NCBI GenBank assembly: GCA_049718765.1 | Contig: JBNARI010000001.1 | Coordinates: forward strand, 109,697-173,696 | DNA: 64,000 nt | Direction: 5' to 3' | From: Bacillota bacterium | GTDB taxonomy: Bacteria > Bacillota > Sulfobacillia > DUMF01 | Program-made: the position numbers and the translations under genes | Notes under the pieces: generated by a model | Seen by the model: only the letters and a program-made list of their open reading frames with translations | The model's database searches: none | What the model was told of the DNA's origin: nothing | Shown: positions 20,507 through 30,273 of the stretch, one piece after another | Layout: each line of letters opens with the position of its first letter | Position numbering within the stretch: position 1 is the stretch's first letter

Positions 20507-22455
20507 CGTCTGCAAGGGACAGATCAGTGTATCTAGAGACCGTAACGTGGGAAGAGGCCTTGGACAGGCTGCTAGCAGCGCTGGACGAGGTTGGCCTTAC
20601 AGTGCTGAGCGAAAAGGTTCCCGTGAGGGAGGCGCTTGGCAGGGTTACTGCAGAACCAGTATTTGCCGCAACCAGTTGTCCCCACTATCCGGCAGCAGCC
20701 ATGGACGGGTTTGCAGTTCAGGCCAAGGACACCTTTGGTGCTAGGGAGACTGCTCCTGTGCTTCTCAGGCTTGGGCAGCAGGCGATCTATGTGGACACGG
20801 GAGATCCTATCCCCGAAGGGTTCGACGCAGTGATTATGGTTGAAGAGGTGCACCAGCTCAAGGACGCAATTGAAGTGATATCCCCGGCTTACCCTGGTCA
20901 GCACGTGAGGCAGGTTGGAGAGGACATCGTGGCTTCGGAAATGCTATTGCCCCAAGGCCAGCAGCTTGGCCCGGCGGAGCTTGGAGCCATGCTTGCAGGC
21001 GGGGTCACCAGTGTGACCGTGGTAAGGAAACCGAGGGTGGCTATTATCCCCACTGGGGACGAGCTGCGCCAAGCCGGTTTGCCTTTAGCCCCCGGGGAAA
21101 TACCCGAGTTTAACTCCACAATGATCGCTGGAATGGTGCAGGAATGGGGAGGCCTTCCCATGGTGCAAGCACCAGTCCCTGATGACCTTGAACTGCTTGT
21201 GGAGAATGTGAAGCGCGCCGTTAACGTGGCTGACGTGGTGGTGGTGAACGCTGGTTCCTCCGCCGGATCCCAAGACTTCACTGCGAGGGTTGTGGAGGGG
21301 CTGGGGCGGTTGCTTGTGCACGGCGTGGCCATAAGACCGGGCAAACCAGTGGTGCTGGGCATGGTGGGCAGGGTGCCGTTCCTGGGTTTGCCTGGGTATC
21401 CCGTATCCTGCTGGTTGACTGCCGGGCTGTTCTTGAGGCCGCTGGTCTACAGGATGCAAGGGTTGCAGCCGCCTCGTGCCCCGAGGGTAGAAGCACGCCT
21501 TTCACGACGAGTAGTGAGCTTGGGCGGGGTCGAGGAGTTTGTTAGGGTGAAGCTGGGCAGGGTGAGGGGCGAAATGATTGCCACGCCACTGAGCAGGGGT
21601 GCGGGACTGATCAGCTCGGTGGTGAGGGCAGATGGCCTGTTGAGGATACGCAGGATGAGCGAAGGCTACATGGAAGGTGAAAGGGTCCAGGTGGAGTTGC
21701 TCCGACCAGAGTACGAGGTGGAAAACACCCTGATGCTGATTGGCAGCCACGACGTAGCCTTGGATCTGTTGGGCGGGATTATCAGCCGGTACAGCTCCGG
21801 TGCCCGCATTTCCTCGGTTAATGTAGGCAGCCTGGGGGGGCTCATGGCCATCAAGAGGGGAGAAGCCCACGCTGCTGGGGTGCATTTGCTTGACGAGGCC
21901 ACAGGGGAATACAACGTGCCCTATATCCTCAGGTACCTGCCTGAGTGCAAGGTGAGCCTGGTGACCGTGGCTCAAAGGGCTCAGGGGTTCATAGTGGCTA
22001 AGGGCAACCCCCTTGGAATCACAAGCGTGAAGGACCTGCGCAGACCAGAAGTGCGCTTCGTGAACAGGCAAAAAGGTGCCGGAACTCGGATCCTCCTGGA
22101 TTACCTCCTCAAGAAGGAGGGGGTGGAGCCAGGCGAGGTGAAGGGTTACGCAAACGAGCAGTTCACCCACATGGCGGTGGCGGCAGCAGTGGCGTCGGGC
22201 AGCGCTGACGTGGGATTGGGCATTCATGCGGCAGCGAGGGCCTTGGACCTGGATTTCGTGCCAGTTCACTGGGAACTTTACCAGCTCTGCATACCAGAGG
22301 AGACAAGGAATGATCCTCTGGTGGAGTGCATGCTTCAAGCGCTCAACTCTGACCAGTTCAAGTCCCAAATGGCTGCGCTTGGGGGCTACGACGTCACGAG
22401 GACTGGAGAGGAAACTGTCGTACTGGGAAGGAGCTGCGCACATCATGATACATGA
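20497..22455 (+). CDS. MoeA-like molybdopterin molybdotransferase fused to a C-terminal periplasmic-binding-protein-like (ModA/PBP-like) domain
   Basis: The N-terminal roughly 400 aa form a second MoeA (PHYPAAAMDGFAV…GSSAGSQD…GVAIRPGKP). The C-terminal roughly 240 aa resemble a PBP-like oxyanion-binding fold (LMLIGSHDVALDLLGG…VAKGNPLGITSV…) that commonly accompanies molybdenum-cofactor genes. Start ATG 20497 assumed; the track begins at TTG 20449. Confidence 0.75.
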   Translation: MAMTSARDRSVYLETVTWEEALDRLLAALDEVGLTVLSEKVPVREALGRVTAEPVFAATSCPHYPAAAMDGFAVQAKDTFGARETAPVLLRLGQQAIYVDTGDPIPEGFDAVIMVEEVHQLKDAIEVISPAYPGQHVRQVGEDIVASEMLLPQGQQLGPAELGAMLAGGVTSVTVVRKPRVAIIPTGDELRQAGLPLAPGEIPEFNSTMIAGMVQEWGGLPMVQAPVPDDLELLVENVKRAVNVADVVVVNAGSSAGSQDFTARVVEGLGRLLVHGVAIRPGKPVVLGMVGRVPFLGLPGYPVSCWLTAGLFLRPLVYRMQGLQPPRAPRVEARLSRRVVSLGGVEEFVRVKLGRVRGEMIATPLSRGAGLISSVVRADGLLRIRRMSEGYMEGERVQVELLRPEYEVENTLMLIGSHDVALDLLGGIISRYSSGARISSVNVGSLGGLMAIKRGEAHAAGVHLLDEATGEYNVPYILRYLPECKVSLVTVAQRAQGFIVAKGNPLGITSVKDLRRPEVRFVNRQKGAGTRILLDYLLKKEGVEPGEVKGYANEQFTHMAVAAAVASGSADVGLGIHAAARALDLDFVPVHWELYQLCIPEETRNDPLVECMLQALNSDQFKSQMAALGGYDVTRTGEETVVLGRSCAHHDT

Positions 22456-23428
22456 TGCTTTCGGGCGAAAGATTGACTACTTGAGAATATCGGTGACAGA
22501 TCGGTGCAACCTCAGGTGCATCTACTGCATGCCCGAAAGTGGTGTCGAGCTCCTGCGGCACCAAGATATGCTCAGCTACGAGGAAATCTTGAGAGTGGCT
22601 GCAGCCTGTGCCAAACTGGGCTTCAGGGCCTTCAGGATAACCGGAGGAGAGCCCCTGGTACGCAAGGGCATAGTCGAGTTCATCAGGGAGCTCAATCGAC
22701 TTGTGCCCTGGGCAGACATTAGCATGACCACGAACGGCACAATGCTCAAGCAGCTGGCTGCGAGTCTCAAGGAAGCCGGGCTCAAGCGGGTGAACGTGAG
22801 CCTGGATTCCCTGGATTCCGACACGTTCAGGCGGATCACCCGCGGAGGGGACCTGGAAGAGGTGCTGGAAGGCATCGATGAGGCCCTTAGGGTGGGCTTG
22901 GGCCCGGTTAAAACCAACACGGTGCTCATGAACGGGGTGAACTCCGAAGAAGTAGTGGCCTTTGCCCAATTAACCCTTTCCAAACCGATTCACGTGCGCT
23001 TCATAGAGCTCATGCCCCTTGGGGAGGCGTGCAGGCGCTGGCACTCGGGGGCGTTCGTGCCGGTCAACGAAGCTTTCCAACGTATTGCCAAAGCTTACCC
23101 ACTCGAGAGGGCAGAAGTTAGGGGTTCAGGCCCGGCCTCATACTGGAGAATTCCAGGTGCTGCTGGCAGCTTGGGGTTCATATCCGCAATCAGCAGCCAC
23201 TTTTGCGGCGCCTGCAACCGGGTTAGGCTCACCGCCAAGGGGGGGCTGTCCCTGTGCTTGGCCAGCACCAGCGAGGTAGACTTAAAGTGTGCCCTGAGAA
23301 ATGGTTGCTCCGATGAGGAACTGTGTCGGCTTATCGCAGAAGCGGTGTGGCAGAAACCAGCAGGCCACAACATGACCGGAGGCTCCGAGGAGCTTGGGGA
23401 AAGGAGAATGTTCAGCATTGGAGGGTGA
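22445..23428 (+). CDS. moaA: GTP 3',8-cyclase (radical SAM)
   Basis: [30 protein letters not shown] (CxxxCxxC), the GGEPL motif and the C-terminal second Fe-S Cys cluster ([13 protein letters not shown]). ATG at 22445 overlaps the upstream gene end. Confidence 0.9.
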   Translation: MIHDAFGRKIDYLRISVTDRCNLRCIYCMPESGVELLRHQDMLSYEEILRVAAACAKLGFRAFRITGGEPLVRKGIVEFIRELNRLVPWADISMTTNGTMLKQLAASLKEAGLKRVNVSLDSLDSDTFRRITRGGDLEEVLEGIDEALRVGLGPVKTNTVLMNGVNSEEVVAFAQLTLSKPIHVRFIELMPLGEACRRWHSGAFVPVNEAFQRIAKAYPLERAEVRGSGPASYWRIPGAAGSLGFISAISSHFCGACNRVRLTAKGGLSLCLASTSEVDLKCALRNGCSDEELCRLIAEAVWQKPAGHNMTGGSEELGERRMFSIGG

Positions 23429-23903
23429 AAGGAGACTCACCCACGTGGACCAAAGCGGCGCTGCGCGCATGGTAGACGTGGGGCACAAACCATCCACTGA
23501 AAGGATTGCGGTTGCCCGAGGGGAGGTGTGCATGCGCCCCGAAACCCTCTCTCTCATAAAAGCCAACGCCCTGGAAAAGGGGGACGTGCTGGGCGCTGCG
23601 AGACTGGCGGGGATCATGGCTGCAAAGCGGACCTGGGAGCTCATCCCCCTGTGTCATCCCTTGGAGTTGAGCCATTGCGCAGTGGAGATAACCCTGGACG
23701 AAGGCAGAAGTGTGGCCCAAGTGGAAGCCACTGTGAAGTGTACTGGCCAGACTGGGGTGGAAATGGAAGCCTTAACCGCTGTTGCTGTGGCGTGCCTGAC
23801 CATATACGATATGTGTAAGGCGGTGGAAAGGGGAATTAGGATTCAGAACATCAGGCTAGTGTACAAGGCGGGAGGTAAGAGTGGCGTATATGAAGGGTCT
23901 TAA
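23418..23903 (+). CDS. moaC: cyclic pyranopterin monophosphate synthase accessory protein MoaC
   Basis: [29 protein letters not shown]…ELIPLCHPL…[24 protein letters not shown], matching the MoaC signature. Start uncertain (TTG 23418, TTG 23394 or GTG 23445). Confidence 0.8.
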   Translation: MEGERRLTHVDQSGAARMVDVGHKPSTERIAVARGEVCMRPETLSLIKANALEKGDVLGAARLAGIMAAKRTWELIPLCHPLELSHCAVEITLDEGRSVAQVEATVKCTGQTGVEMEALTAVAVACLTIYDMCKAVERGIRIQNIRLVYKAGGKSGVYEGS

Positions 23904-24417
23904 AGTTGGGATTCTCACCGCCAGCGATTCTGGGGCCAAGGGCGAGCGCGAGGACGCAAGCGGGGCAAAGATACGGGAGATCGTGGAAGCCCACGGTGGT
24001 ACAGTGATACACCACGTGATAGTGGCGGATGACAGAGACGTGATTGCCAGGGAACTCAGGGACATGGCGGACCACAGGGGAGCGGACGTGATTTTCACCA
24101 CTGGCGGCACGGGGCTTGGGCCCAGGGACAACACCCCAGAGGCCACTTACGAAGTGATCGAAAAGGAAGTACCAGGCATTGCCGAAGCCATGCGCTGGCA
24201 TAGCCTTAAGTTCACTCCCAGGGCAATGCTCTCCAGGGCAATCGCAGGTGTAAGGGGCACCACGTTGATTGTGAACATGCCAGGCAGCACAAAGGCAGTT
24301 GAGGAGTGCCTGCAGGTCGTCTTGCCAGCAATCCCCCACGCTGTGGCTGTGCTGCGAGGGGAAGTAAGGAACTGCGCTGCAGAAAGAGAGGTGGCGGGAG
24401 ATGCGGATCCTCATTGA
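23881..24417 (+). CDS. mogA: molybdenum cofactor biosynthesis protein MogA/MoaB (molybdopterin adenylyltransferase)
   Basis: [21 protein letters not shown]…[20 protein letters not shown]…[10 protein letters not shown], i.e. the MogA/MoaB fold motifs. GTG start with GGAGG 5 nt upstream. Confidence 0.85.
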   Translation: MAYMKGLKVGILTASDSGAKGEREDASGAKIREIVEAHGGTVIHHVIVADDRDVIARELRDMADHRGADVIFTTGGTGLGPRDNTPEATYEVIEKEVPGIAEAMRWHSLKFTPRAMLSRAIAGVRGTTLIVNMPGSTKAVEECLQVVLPAIPHAVAVLRGEVRNCAAEREVAGDADPH

Positions 24418-24922
24418 GGAGAAGCGTATTCGGGAAAGGGTAAAGGAGCTTGCCGCTCAAATATCTGGGGACTACGACGGCCACGAGGTGCTATTGGTGG
24501 GCGTGCTCAAAGGCGCCGTCATGTTCATGGCCGACCTCGCCAGGCAGTTGAAGTGCCCTTGTTCCATGGATTTTATGGCAGTGTCCAGCTACGGAATGTC
24601 CACCCACTCATCGGGAGTGGTCAGGATCCTCAAGGACCTGGACAACACCATTGAAGGCAAACACGTACTGCTCGTTGAAGACATAGTTGACACTGGGCTT
24701 ACCCTGAACTACATATGCAGCGTGCTTCGAGCGCGCAAGCCAACTAGCCTGAAGGTTTGCGTGTTACTGGATAAGCCTTCGAGAAGGAAAGTTGATGTCC
24801 ACCTGGATTACGTGGGCTTCCAGATACCCGATGAGTTCGTCGTGGGTTACGGCCTGGATTACCAGGAGAAGTTCAGACAAATGCCATATGTGGCAGTGCT
24901 GGAAGGCGGAGACGTACATTGA
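24401..24922 (+). CDS. hpt: hypoxanthine-guanine phosphoribosyltransferase
   Basis: PRPP-binding motif [14 protein letters not shown] and the C-terminal [18 protein letters not shown]. Overlaps the mogA stop. Confidence 0.9.
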   Translation: MRILIEEKRIRERVKELAAQISGDYDGHEVLLVGVLKGAVMFMADLARQLKCPCSMDFMAVSSYGMSTHSSGVVRILKDLDNTIEGKHVLLVEDIVDTGLTLNYICSVLRARKPTSLKVCVLLDKPSRRKVDVHLDYVGFQIPDEFVVGYGLDYQEKFRQMPYVAVLEGGDVH

Positions 24923-26457
24923 GGGAACTGGTGCTTGTTCTTGATTTCGGTGCTCAGTACGCTCAGCTCATAGCCAGGCGAGTGAGGGAGTGCAACGTTT
25001 ACTGCGAGATTGTGCCACACGACATTCCTCCAGACGCAATACTCCAGAGAGAAGCTCGAGCTCTCATCCTGAGCGGCGGGCCGGCGAGCGTTTACGAAGA
25101 GGAAGCTCCGGGCGTTCACAAGGGCGTGTATGAGCTTGGATTGCCAATACTGGGCATTTGCTACGGGATGCAGCTGCTTGCCAGGGACCTTGGAGGCAGG
25201 GTAGAGCCTCACGTGAGCCGGGAGTTCGGCAAATGCCAGGTTGAGCTCAGACCTTCCCCTTTGTTCGACGGGGTGAACTCGCCCGCCCAGGTATGGATGA
25301 GCCACGGGGACACAGTTGTGGAACCACCGCCGGGTTTCCGCGTGATCGCCAGTTCCAGAGGCACCCCGGTGGCTGCAATGGAAAACCCGGAGCGGCGGTT
25401 CTTCGGAGTGCAATTCCATCCCGAGGTGGTGCACACCCTCGAGGGGAGACGGGTCATCCGGAACTTCCTGTTCAACGTTGCTGGCTGTACTGGGGATTGG
25501 ACGCCAGAGTCCTTCATAGACCAGGCGATAAGGGGCATCAGGGAGCAGGTTGGTAGCGGACGAGCGGTGTGCGCCTTGAGCGGGGGCGTGGACAGTACAG
25601 TTGCCTCGGTGCTGGTTCATCGAGCTATTGGTGACGCCCTCGCATGCGTGTTTGTGGACCATGGGCTACTCAGAAAAGGCGAGGCCCAGGAAGTTGTGGA
25701 GACTCTGTCCACCAGGTTCGGGATGAAGCTAGTGACTGTGGACGCCAGTGAAAGGTTCCTCGCGAAACTGAAGGGTGTGGTTGACCCAGAACAGAAGAGG
25801 AAGCTGATTGGCGCTGAGTTCATTCGGGTTTTCGAGGAACAGGCAGCCCAAATAGAAGGGGTAAAGTTCCTGGTCCAGGGCACACTTTATCCCGACGTGA
25901 TCGAGAGCGGCACAGGGAGCGCAGCGGGCGCAGCAGCGGTCATAAAGAGCCACCACAACGTGGGAGGCCTTCCCAGGGACATGAAGCTAGAGCTGGTAGA
26001 GCCCCTGCGTTTGCTCTTCAAGGACGAGGTTAGGCGCATCGGCCTGGCCCTTGGATTGCCCGAGGAAGTAGTTTACAGGCAGCCTTTCCCAGGCCCTGGG
26101 CTTGCGGTGAGGATAATTGGGGAAGTGGACAAGGAAAAGCTTGCCGTATTGAGGGAAGCAGACAGCATTGTTCGCGAGGAAATCTTGAGGGCTGGGCTGT
26201 CCAGGGAAGTGTGGCAGTACTTTGCGGTGCTCACCGATCTCAAGAGCGTGGGCGTGATGGGTGACAAGCGTACCTACGGTCGAATGGTGGCGGTTAGGGC
26301 GGTGAGCAGCGAAGACGGTATGACTGCCGATTGGGCAAAACTCCCCCACGAGCTGCTGGAGCGAATTGCAGGCCGTATTGTGAACGAGGTGCCGGGCGTT
26401 AACCGGGTGGTGTATGACATAACGTCCAAACCACCTGCCACAATCGAATGGGAATAA
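24919..26457 (+). CDS. guaA: GMP synthase (glutamine-hydrolysing)
   Basis: N-terminal GATase ([18 protein letters not shown]…GICYGMQLL), a PP-loop ATP-pyrophosphatase ([12 protein letters not shown]) and the C-terminal dimerisation domain ending PATIEWE. TTG start overlaps the hpt stop. Confidence 0.95.
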   Translation: MRELVLVLDFGAQYAQLIARRVRECNVYCEIVPHDIPPDAILQREARALILSGGPASVYEEEAPGVHKGVYELGLPILGICYGMQLLARDLGGRVEPHVSREFGKCQVELRPSPLFDGVNSPAQVWMSHGDTVVEPPPGFRVIASSRGTPVAAMENPERRFFGVQFHPEVVHTLEGRRVIRNFLFNVAGCTGDWTPESFIDQAIRGIREQVGSGRAVCALSGGVDSTVASVLVHRAIGDALACVFVDHGLLRKGEAQEVVETLSTRFGMKLVTVDASERFLAKLKGVVDPEQKRKLIGAEFIRVFEEQAAQIEGVKFLVQGTLYPDVIESGTGSAAGAAAVIKSHHNVGGLPRDMKLELVEPLRLLFKDEVRRIGLALGLPEEVVYRQPFPGPGLAVRIIGEVDKEKLAVLREADSIVREEILRAGLSREVWQYFAVLTDLKSVGVMGDKRTYGRMVAVRAVSSEDGMTADWAKLPHELLERIAGRIVNEVPGVNRVVYDITSKPPATIEWE

Positions 26458-27266
26458 GGCGGAAAGTTACATTGGTGCTCCTGGCCTCGTTCTTACTTTG
26501 GTCAGGAGCAATTGAACCTCGGCTGGTCAAGGTTGACCGGGTTGTGGTGGAAGTACCTGGCCTTCCAGAGGCCTTCGAAGGTTTCACTTTCCTTCACCTT
26601 TCCGACTTGCACAGCACCACTTTTGGCCCAGGGCAGGAACGGCTGCTGGGTTTGCTTCTTAAGGAGGACTTCGATGCGGTTGCGTTCACCGGCGACATGG
26701 TGGACAGCAGCACAGGAGACTCCAGGCCCCTGGTGGAGCTCTTGGCAGGTCTCCCAAGGCAGAAGCCCAAGTACTTCGTTCCAGGCAACCATGAGCTCAG
26801 CCTTGCACAGGAGGATCCCGAGTCTTGGGTGCGCCTTGAGAGGGAGATGGGGAGCTTCGGTGCTGAGGTGCTGGCTGACAGGATAGTGGGGATTTACCGT
26901 GATGGGGCCAGCCTCTTCATTGGGGGTGCGGTAGCAAAGCCAGGCGAACCTGTGGACCTGAAGCGCCTTTCTGGGAGCACCGTCTTGCTTTGCCACGTGC
27001 CCTTTGTGATGGACCAGGGAGCCGAGCTTGGAATAGCCGTGGTGTTGACTGGGCACACCCATGGTGGGCAGGTGAGGATACCCGGCTTGGGAGCGCTGTT
27101 TGTACCTGGGGATACTTTTCCGCCCAAGTACAGTGAGGGGCTGTACAAACTAAAGGGTACTTCCATGTACGTCAATCCCGGACTCGGCACTACCCGTATT
27201 GGGTTGCGCTTCAATTGCCCTCCAAGGGTGAGCCTTGTAACGTTGAGGGCTGCAGGGAGGGATTGA
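26448..27266 (+). CDS. calcineurin-like metallophosphoesterase (YkuE-like), membrane-anchored/secreted
   Basis: N-terminal hydrophobic anchor, then HLSDLH…AFTGDMVD…VPGNHE…GHTHGG metallophosphatase motifs. Confidence 0.75.
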   Translation: MGIRRKVTLVLLASFLLWSGAIEPRLVKVDRVVVEVPGLPEAFEGFTFLHLSDLHSTTFGPGQERLLGLLLKEDFDAVAFTGDMVDSSTGDSRPLVELLAGLPRQKPKYFVPGNHELSLAQEDPESWVRLEREMGSFGAEVLADRIVGIYRDGASLFIGGAVAKPGEPVDLKRLSGSTVLLCHVPFVMDQGAELGIAVVLTGHTHGGQVRIPGLGALFVPGDTFPPKYSEGLYKLKGTSMYVNPGLGTTRIGLRFNCPPRVSLVTLRAAGRD

Positions 27267-27268
27267 GG

Positions 27269-28552
27269 GTGCGGTTGGCGCTGATTGGGCCGCCCGACTC
27301 AATTCGGCTCATTCGTGAGGTTGCGGTGGAGTTCGGCGAGGGCTTTAAGCTCGTGGAGAAGCCGTACCGCAGCTTCGAGGAGCTAAAGGACGTAAACGGC
27401 TTCTGCAAGGAACACGCAGTTGACGTTGTGCTTTTCAGCGGCCAGGTGCCCTACCACTGGGTCAAGCAGCAGGAGAACCTTGACTGCCCTGCGCTGTATA
27501 TCCCCCGGGATGGCACTTGCCTGTACCGTTCCCTCTTCGACGTTTATCGGGACGGTGTGGACATATCCGCATTGAGCTTTGACACTGTCAAGAAGGAGAC
27601 CATCATTGAGACCTACCAGGACCTGCGCCTGCCAATGGGAGAGGTGTATACCTTCGAATATGAGGGATATATCAACTACGAAGAAGTGACCAGGTATCAC
27701 CTGGAGCTGTGGAGCAGCGGCAAGACCGTGGCAGCTGTAACTGGACTAAACACGCCTTATTGGCAGCTCAAAGAAAAAGGGGTTCCCGTATACAGGATGT
27801 TCCCAACACGCTCCATCGTGCGGGAAAGCCTGAGAAAGGCCCTGCTGTATGGGGAGAGCGTAAGACTGAAGCACACCCAGCTAGCCCTGGTGCTTGTGAG
27901 GCCAGGGCTCAAGGAAGATGGCCTTGCCAACCTGGGCTACACGGCTCAACAATTGGTGCTGGATCTCCACAGGACCCTCGTCGAGTATGCCCAGCAAATT
28001 CAGGGACTGGTGGTGAAACTGCGGGACACCGAGTTTGCGATTGTGGCCACCAGAGGCAGCCTTGAGGAGGTCACCAACTGCTTCAGGGAGTTTCCCTTGT
28101 TGGATTCCATTGAAAGGAACTTGCCCATGAAGGTGGGCATTGGCATAGGATTGGGGCGCACTGCCCTGAGCGCTGAGGCCAACGCCAGGGAAGGTCTGAG
28201 ACTGGCCCTGACGGTTGGACGTCACAGCGCATGCTTCGTTGTGACTGATGACGGAAAGGTACTGGAACCAATTTACAGCAGGGGCAATTACCCTGGCGAG
28301 GACCTGGTGTCACTTTCAAGTAGCGTTGGTCTTAGGCCTACCACCCTGAGCAAGATCAAGCGTGCCCTTCAAAGGCTGGACAGAGAGCACATCACGTCTC
28401 AGGAGCTCGCGTCGGCAATGGGCATCAGCGAAAGGAGCGCCCGCCGAGTGCTGTCACGGCTCGAGGAAAAGGGCCTTGCCGAGGTGCTCGGGGGCAACCC
28501 TGTGAGGGACAAAGGCCGGCCCAGGCTGGTGTACAGGCTGATGCTAGAGTGA
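27269..28552 (+). CDS. transcriptional regulator with a degenerate GGDEF-like domain (RDTEF in place of GGDEF) and a C-terminal winged-helix HTH
   Basis: 428–445 aa. GLVVKLRDTEFAIVATRG…MKVGIGIGLG matches the GGDEF-domain core with the catalytic motif mutated. The C-terminus ITSQELASAMGISERSARRVLSRLEEKGL is an HTH. GTG at 27269 follows AGGGAGG and overlaps the upstream stop. Sits directly upstream of the abgT-like operon. Confidence 0.55.
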   Translation: MRLALIGPPDSIRLIREVAVEFGEGFKLVEKPYRSFEELKDVNGFCKEHAVDVVLFSGQVPYHWVKQQENLDCPALYIPRDGTCLYRSLFDVYRDGVDISALSFDTVKKETIIETYQDLRLPMGEVYTFEYEGYINYEEVTRYHLELWSSGKTVAAVTGLNTPYWQLKEKGVPVYRMFPTRSIVRESLRKALLYGESVRLKHTQLALVLVRPGLKEDGLANLGYTAQQLVLDLHRTLVEYAQQIQGLVVKLRDTEFAIVATRGSLEEVTNCFREFPLLDSIERNLPMKVGIGIGLGRTALSAEANAREGLRLALTVGRHSACFVVTDDGKVLEPIYSRGNYPGEDLVSLSSSVGLRPTTLSKIKRALQRLDREHITSQELASAMGISERSARRVLSRLEEKGLAEVLGGNPVRDKGRPRLVYRLMLE

Positions 28553-28665
28553 TGCTGTGGACAATCGTGATTGACGTCACAAAGAGGAAAACGGCCAACC
28601 TCAGTAGAATTATTGTACTAAAAACGGCCACATGACCGAAATGTGACCGAAAAGGAGGCTTAGAT

Positions 28666-30186
28666 ATGGGGGATAGGCAAAGCAGAAGTGGCCTGCAACG
28701 CTTCCTTGATTGGGTGGAGAGAGTTGGGAACAAGATACCACACCCCTTCATCCTGTTCTTGTACCTCATAATTGCGCTTATGATCATTTCCGCAATCCTG
28801 GCTTACGCCAACGTATCCGTGATCCATCCCACCACCAAGAAGCCAGTAGTAGCAAAGAGTTTGCTAACCGTAGAAGGGTTCCACTGGATGCTCCAGAACG
28901 CCCAGAAGAACTTCACTGACTTTGCACCCCTGGGACTGGTACTTACCATGCTGCTCGGAATAGGCTTGGCAGAACAGGTGGGGCTGCTTTCGGCTTTCAT
29001 GCGCAAGACCATTTACGGGGCACCAACTTGGGCGATCAGCCTTGCAGTGATGTTCATTGGCATTAACGGCAACATTGCATCTGACGCCTCTATTGTGGTG
29101 ATTCCTGCCCTTGCCGCTGGGGCTTACCTATCGCTCGGCAAGAACCCGCTGGTAGGCATTGCTGCTGCTTACGCTGCAACGTGCGCTGGCTTTTCCGCCA
29201 ATGTGCTCATTGTAGGCACGGACGCATTGCTTGCGGGCATAACTCAGGAGGCGGTTAAGATCATCGATCCCAAGTACCAGGTCAACCCTGCGGTGAACTG
29301 GTACTTCATGTTGGCATCCACGCTGCTGTTTACCGTCATTGGGGCCCTTATCACTGACAGGGTGATTGCACCCTGGCTTGGCAAGTATGAGGGCAAAGCC
29401 AAGCTGCGGGAGAACGATGAGCTTACACCGCTGGAACAAAGGGGACTGCGGAGCGCGGGAATTGCTGCCCTGGTGTTCCTGGTGATCCTTGGACTATTAG
29501 TGTTGCCCAAGGGCGCGATCCTCCGGGACCCCAAGAGCGGAACCATCATTCCGTCACCTTTCCTTTCAGGCATTGTGCCAATCATAATGCTCTTCTTCGT
29601 GACGGTTGGAGTGGCATACGGCAAGGCAGTTGGAGCTATCAAGACGGGAGCTGACGTACCCCGGCTTATGACTGAGGCCGTGAAGACCATGGCCGGGTAC
29701 ATTGTTCTGGTCTTCGTAATAGGTCAGTTCGTGGCATACTTCAACTGGACCAACATTGGGACCATCCTCGCTGTAAAGGGTGCCGAGTTCTTGAAGAACG
29801 CCGGCTTTACCGGATTCCCACTGGTGATCGGCATTATCTTGATTTCAACGTTCATAAACCTGTTCATCGGCAGTGGTTCTGCCAAGTGGTCGGTGCTCGC
29901 GCCAATATTCGTGCCCATGATGATGCTGTTGGGCTATTCGCCAGCTTTCACCCAAGTGGCATATAGGATTGGTGATTCGTCTACCAACCCTATCTCGCCC
30001 CTGTTCCCATACTTCCCAATCGTTCTGGCCCTTGCCCAGCAATACGACGAGAACGTTGGTGTGGGCACCATAATCTCTATGATGCTGCCTTATTCCCTTA
30101 TCTTCCTGGTGGTATGGATCCTGCAGCTTGGCGTGTGGATGGCCCTGAACCTGCCCCTGGGGCCAGGTGCAACGATCTTCATGTGA
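28666..30186 (+). CDS. AbgT family transporter (p-aminobenzoyl-glutamate / dipeptide-type uptake)
   Basis: 506 aa, polytopic, with AbgT-family blocks (FLDWVERVGNKIPHPFILFLYL…, GIAAAYAATCAGFSANVL…). ATG preceded by AAGGAGG. Confidence 0.85.
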   Translation: MGDRQSRSGLQRFLDWVERVGNKIPHPFILFLYLIIALMIISAILAYANVSVIHPTTKKPVVAKSLLTVEGFHWMLQNAQKNFTDFAPLGLVLTMLLGIGLAEQVGLLSAFMRKTIYGAPTWAISLAVMFIGINGNIASDASIVVIPALAAGAYLSLGKNPLVGIAAAYAATCAGFSANVLIVGTDALLAGITQEAVKIIDPKYQVNPAVNWYFMLASTLLFTVIGALITDRVIAPWLGKYEGKAKLRENDELTPLEQRGLRSAGIAALVFLVILGLLVLPKGAILRDPKSGTIIPSPFLSGIVPIIMLFFVTVGVAYGKAVGAIKTGADVPRLMTEAVKTMAGYIVLVFVIGQFVAYFNWTNIGTILAVKGAEFLKNAGFTGFPLVIGIILISTFINLFIGSGSAKWSVLAPIFVPMMMLLGYSPAFTQVAYRIGDSSTNPISPLFPYFPIVLALAQQYDENVGVGTIISMMLPYSLIFLVVWILQLGVWMALNLPLGPGATIFM

Positions 30187-30224
30187 TGGGGGACGAGTGA
30201 TTCCTAACTAGGATTTTGGCTAGC

Positions 30225-30258
30225 AAACGGCCACAGGAAACAACGCCTGTGGCCGTTT
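30225..30258 (+). terminator. strong hairpin (13-bp perfect stem) followed by TTTTA between abgT and the amidohydrolase genes; candidate intra-operon terminator/attenuator
   Basis: AAACGGCCACAGG-aaacaacg-CCTGTGGCCGTTT, then TTTTAAGGGAGGG (ribosome-binding site) and the ATG at 30274. The AAACGGCCAC half-site also occurs twice upstream of abgT. Confidence 0.5.
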
Positions 30259-30273
30259 TAAGGGAGGGCTCAC

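Noticed and set aside
28571-28578. TGACGTCA palindrome in the abgT leader as a regulatory (CRE/CRP-like) site
   Set aside because: An 8-bp palindrome is expected by chance in 64 kb and there is no supporting context. Noted only.
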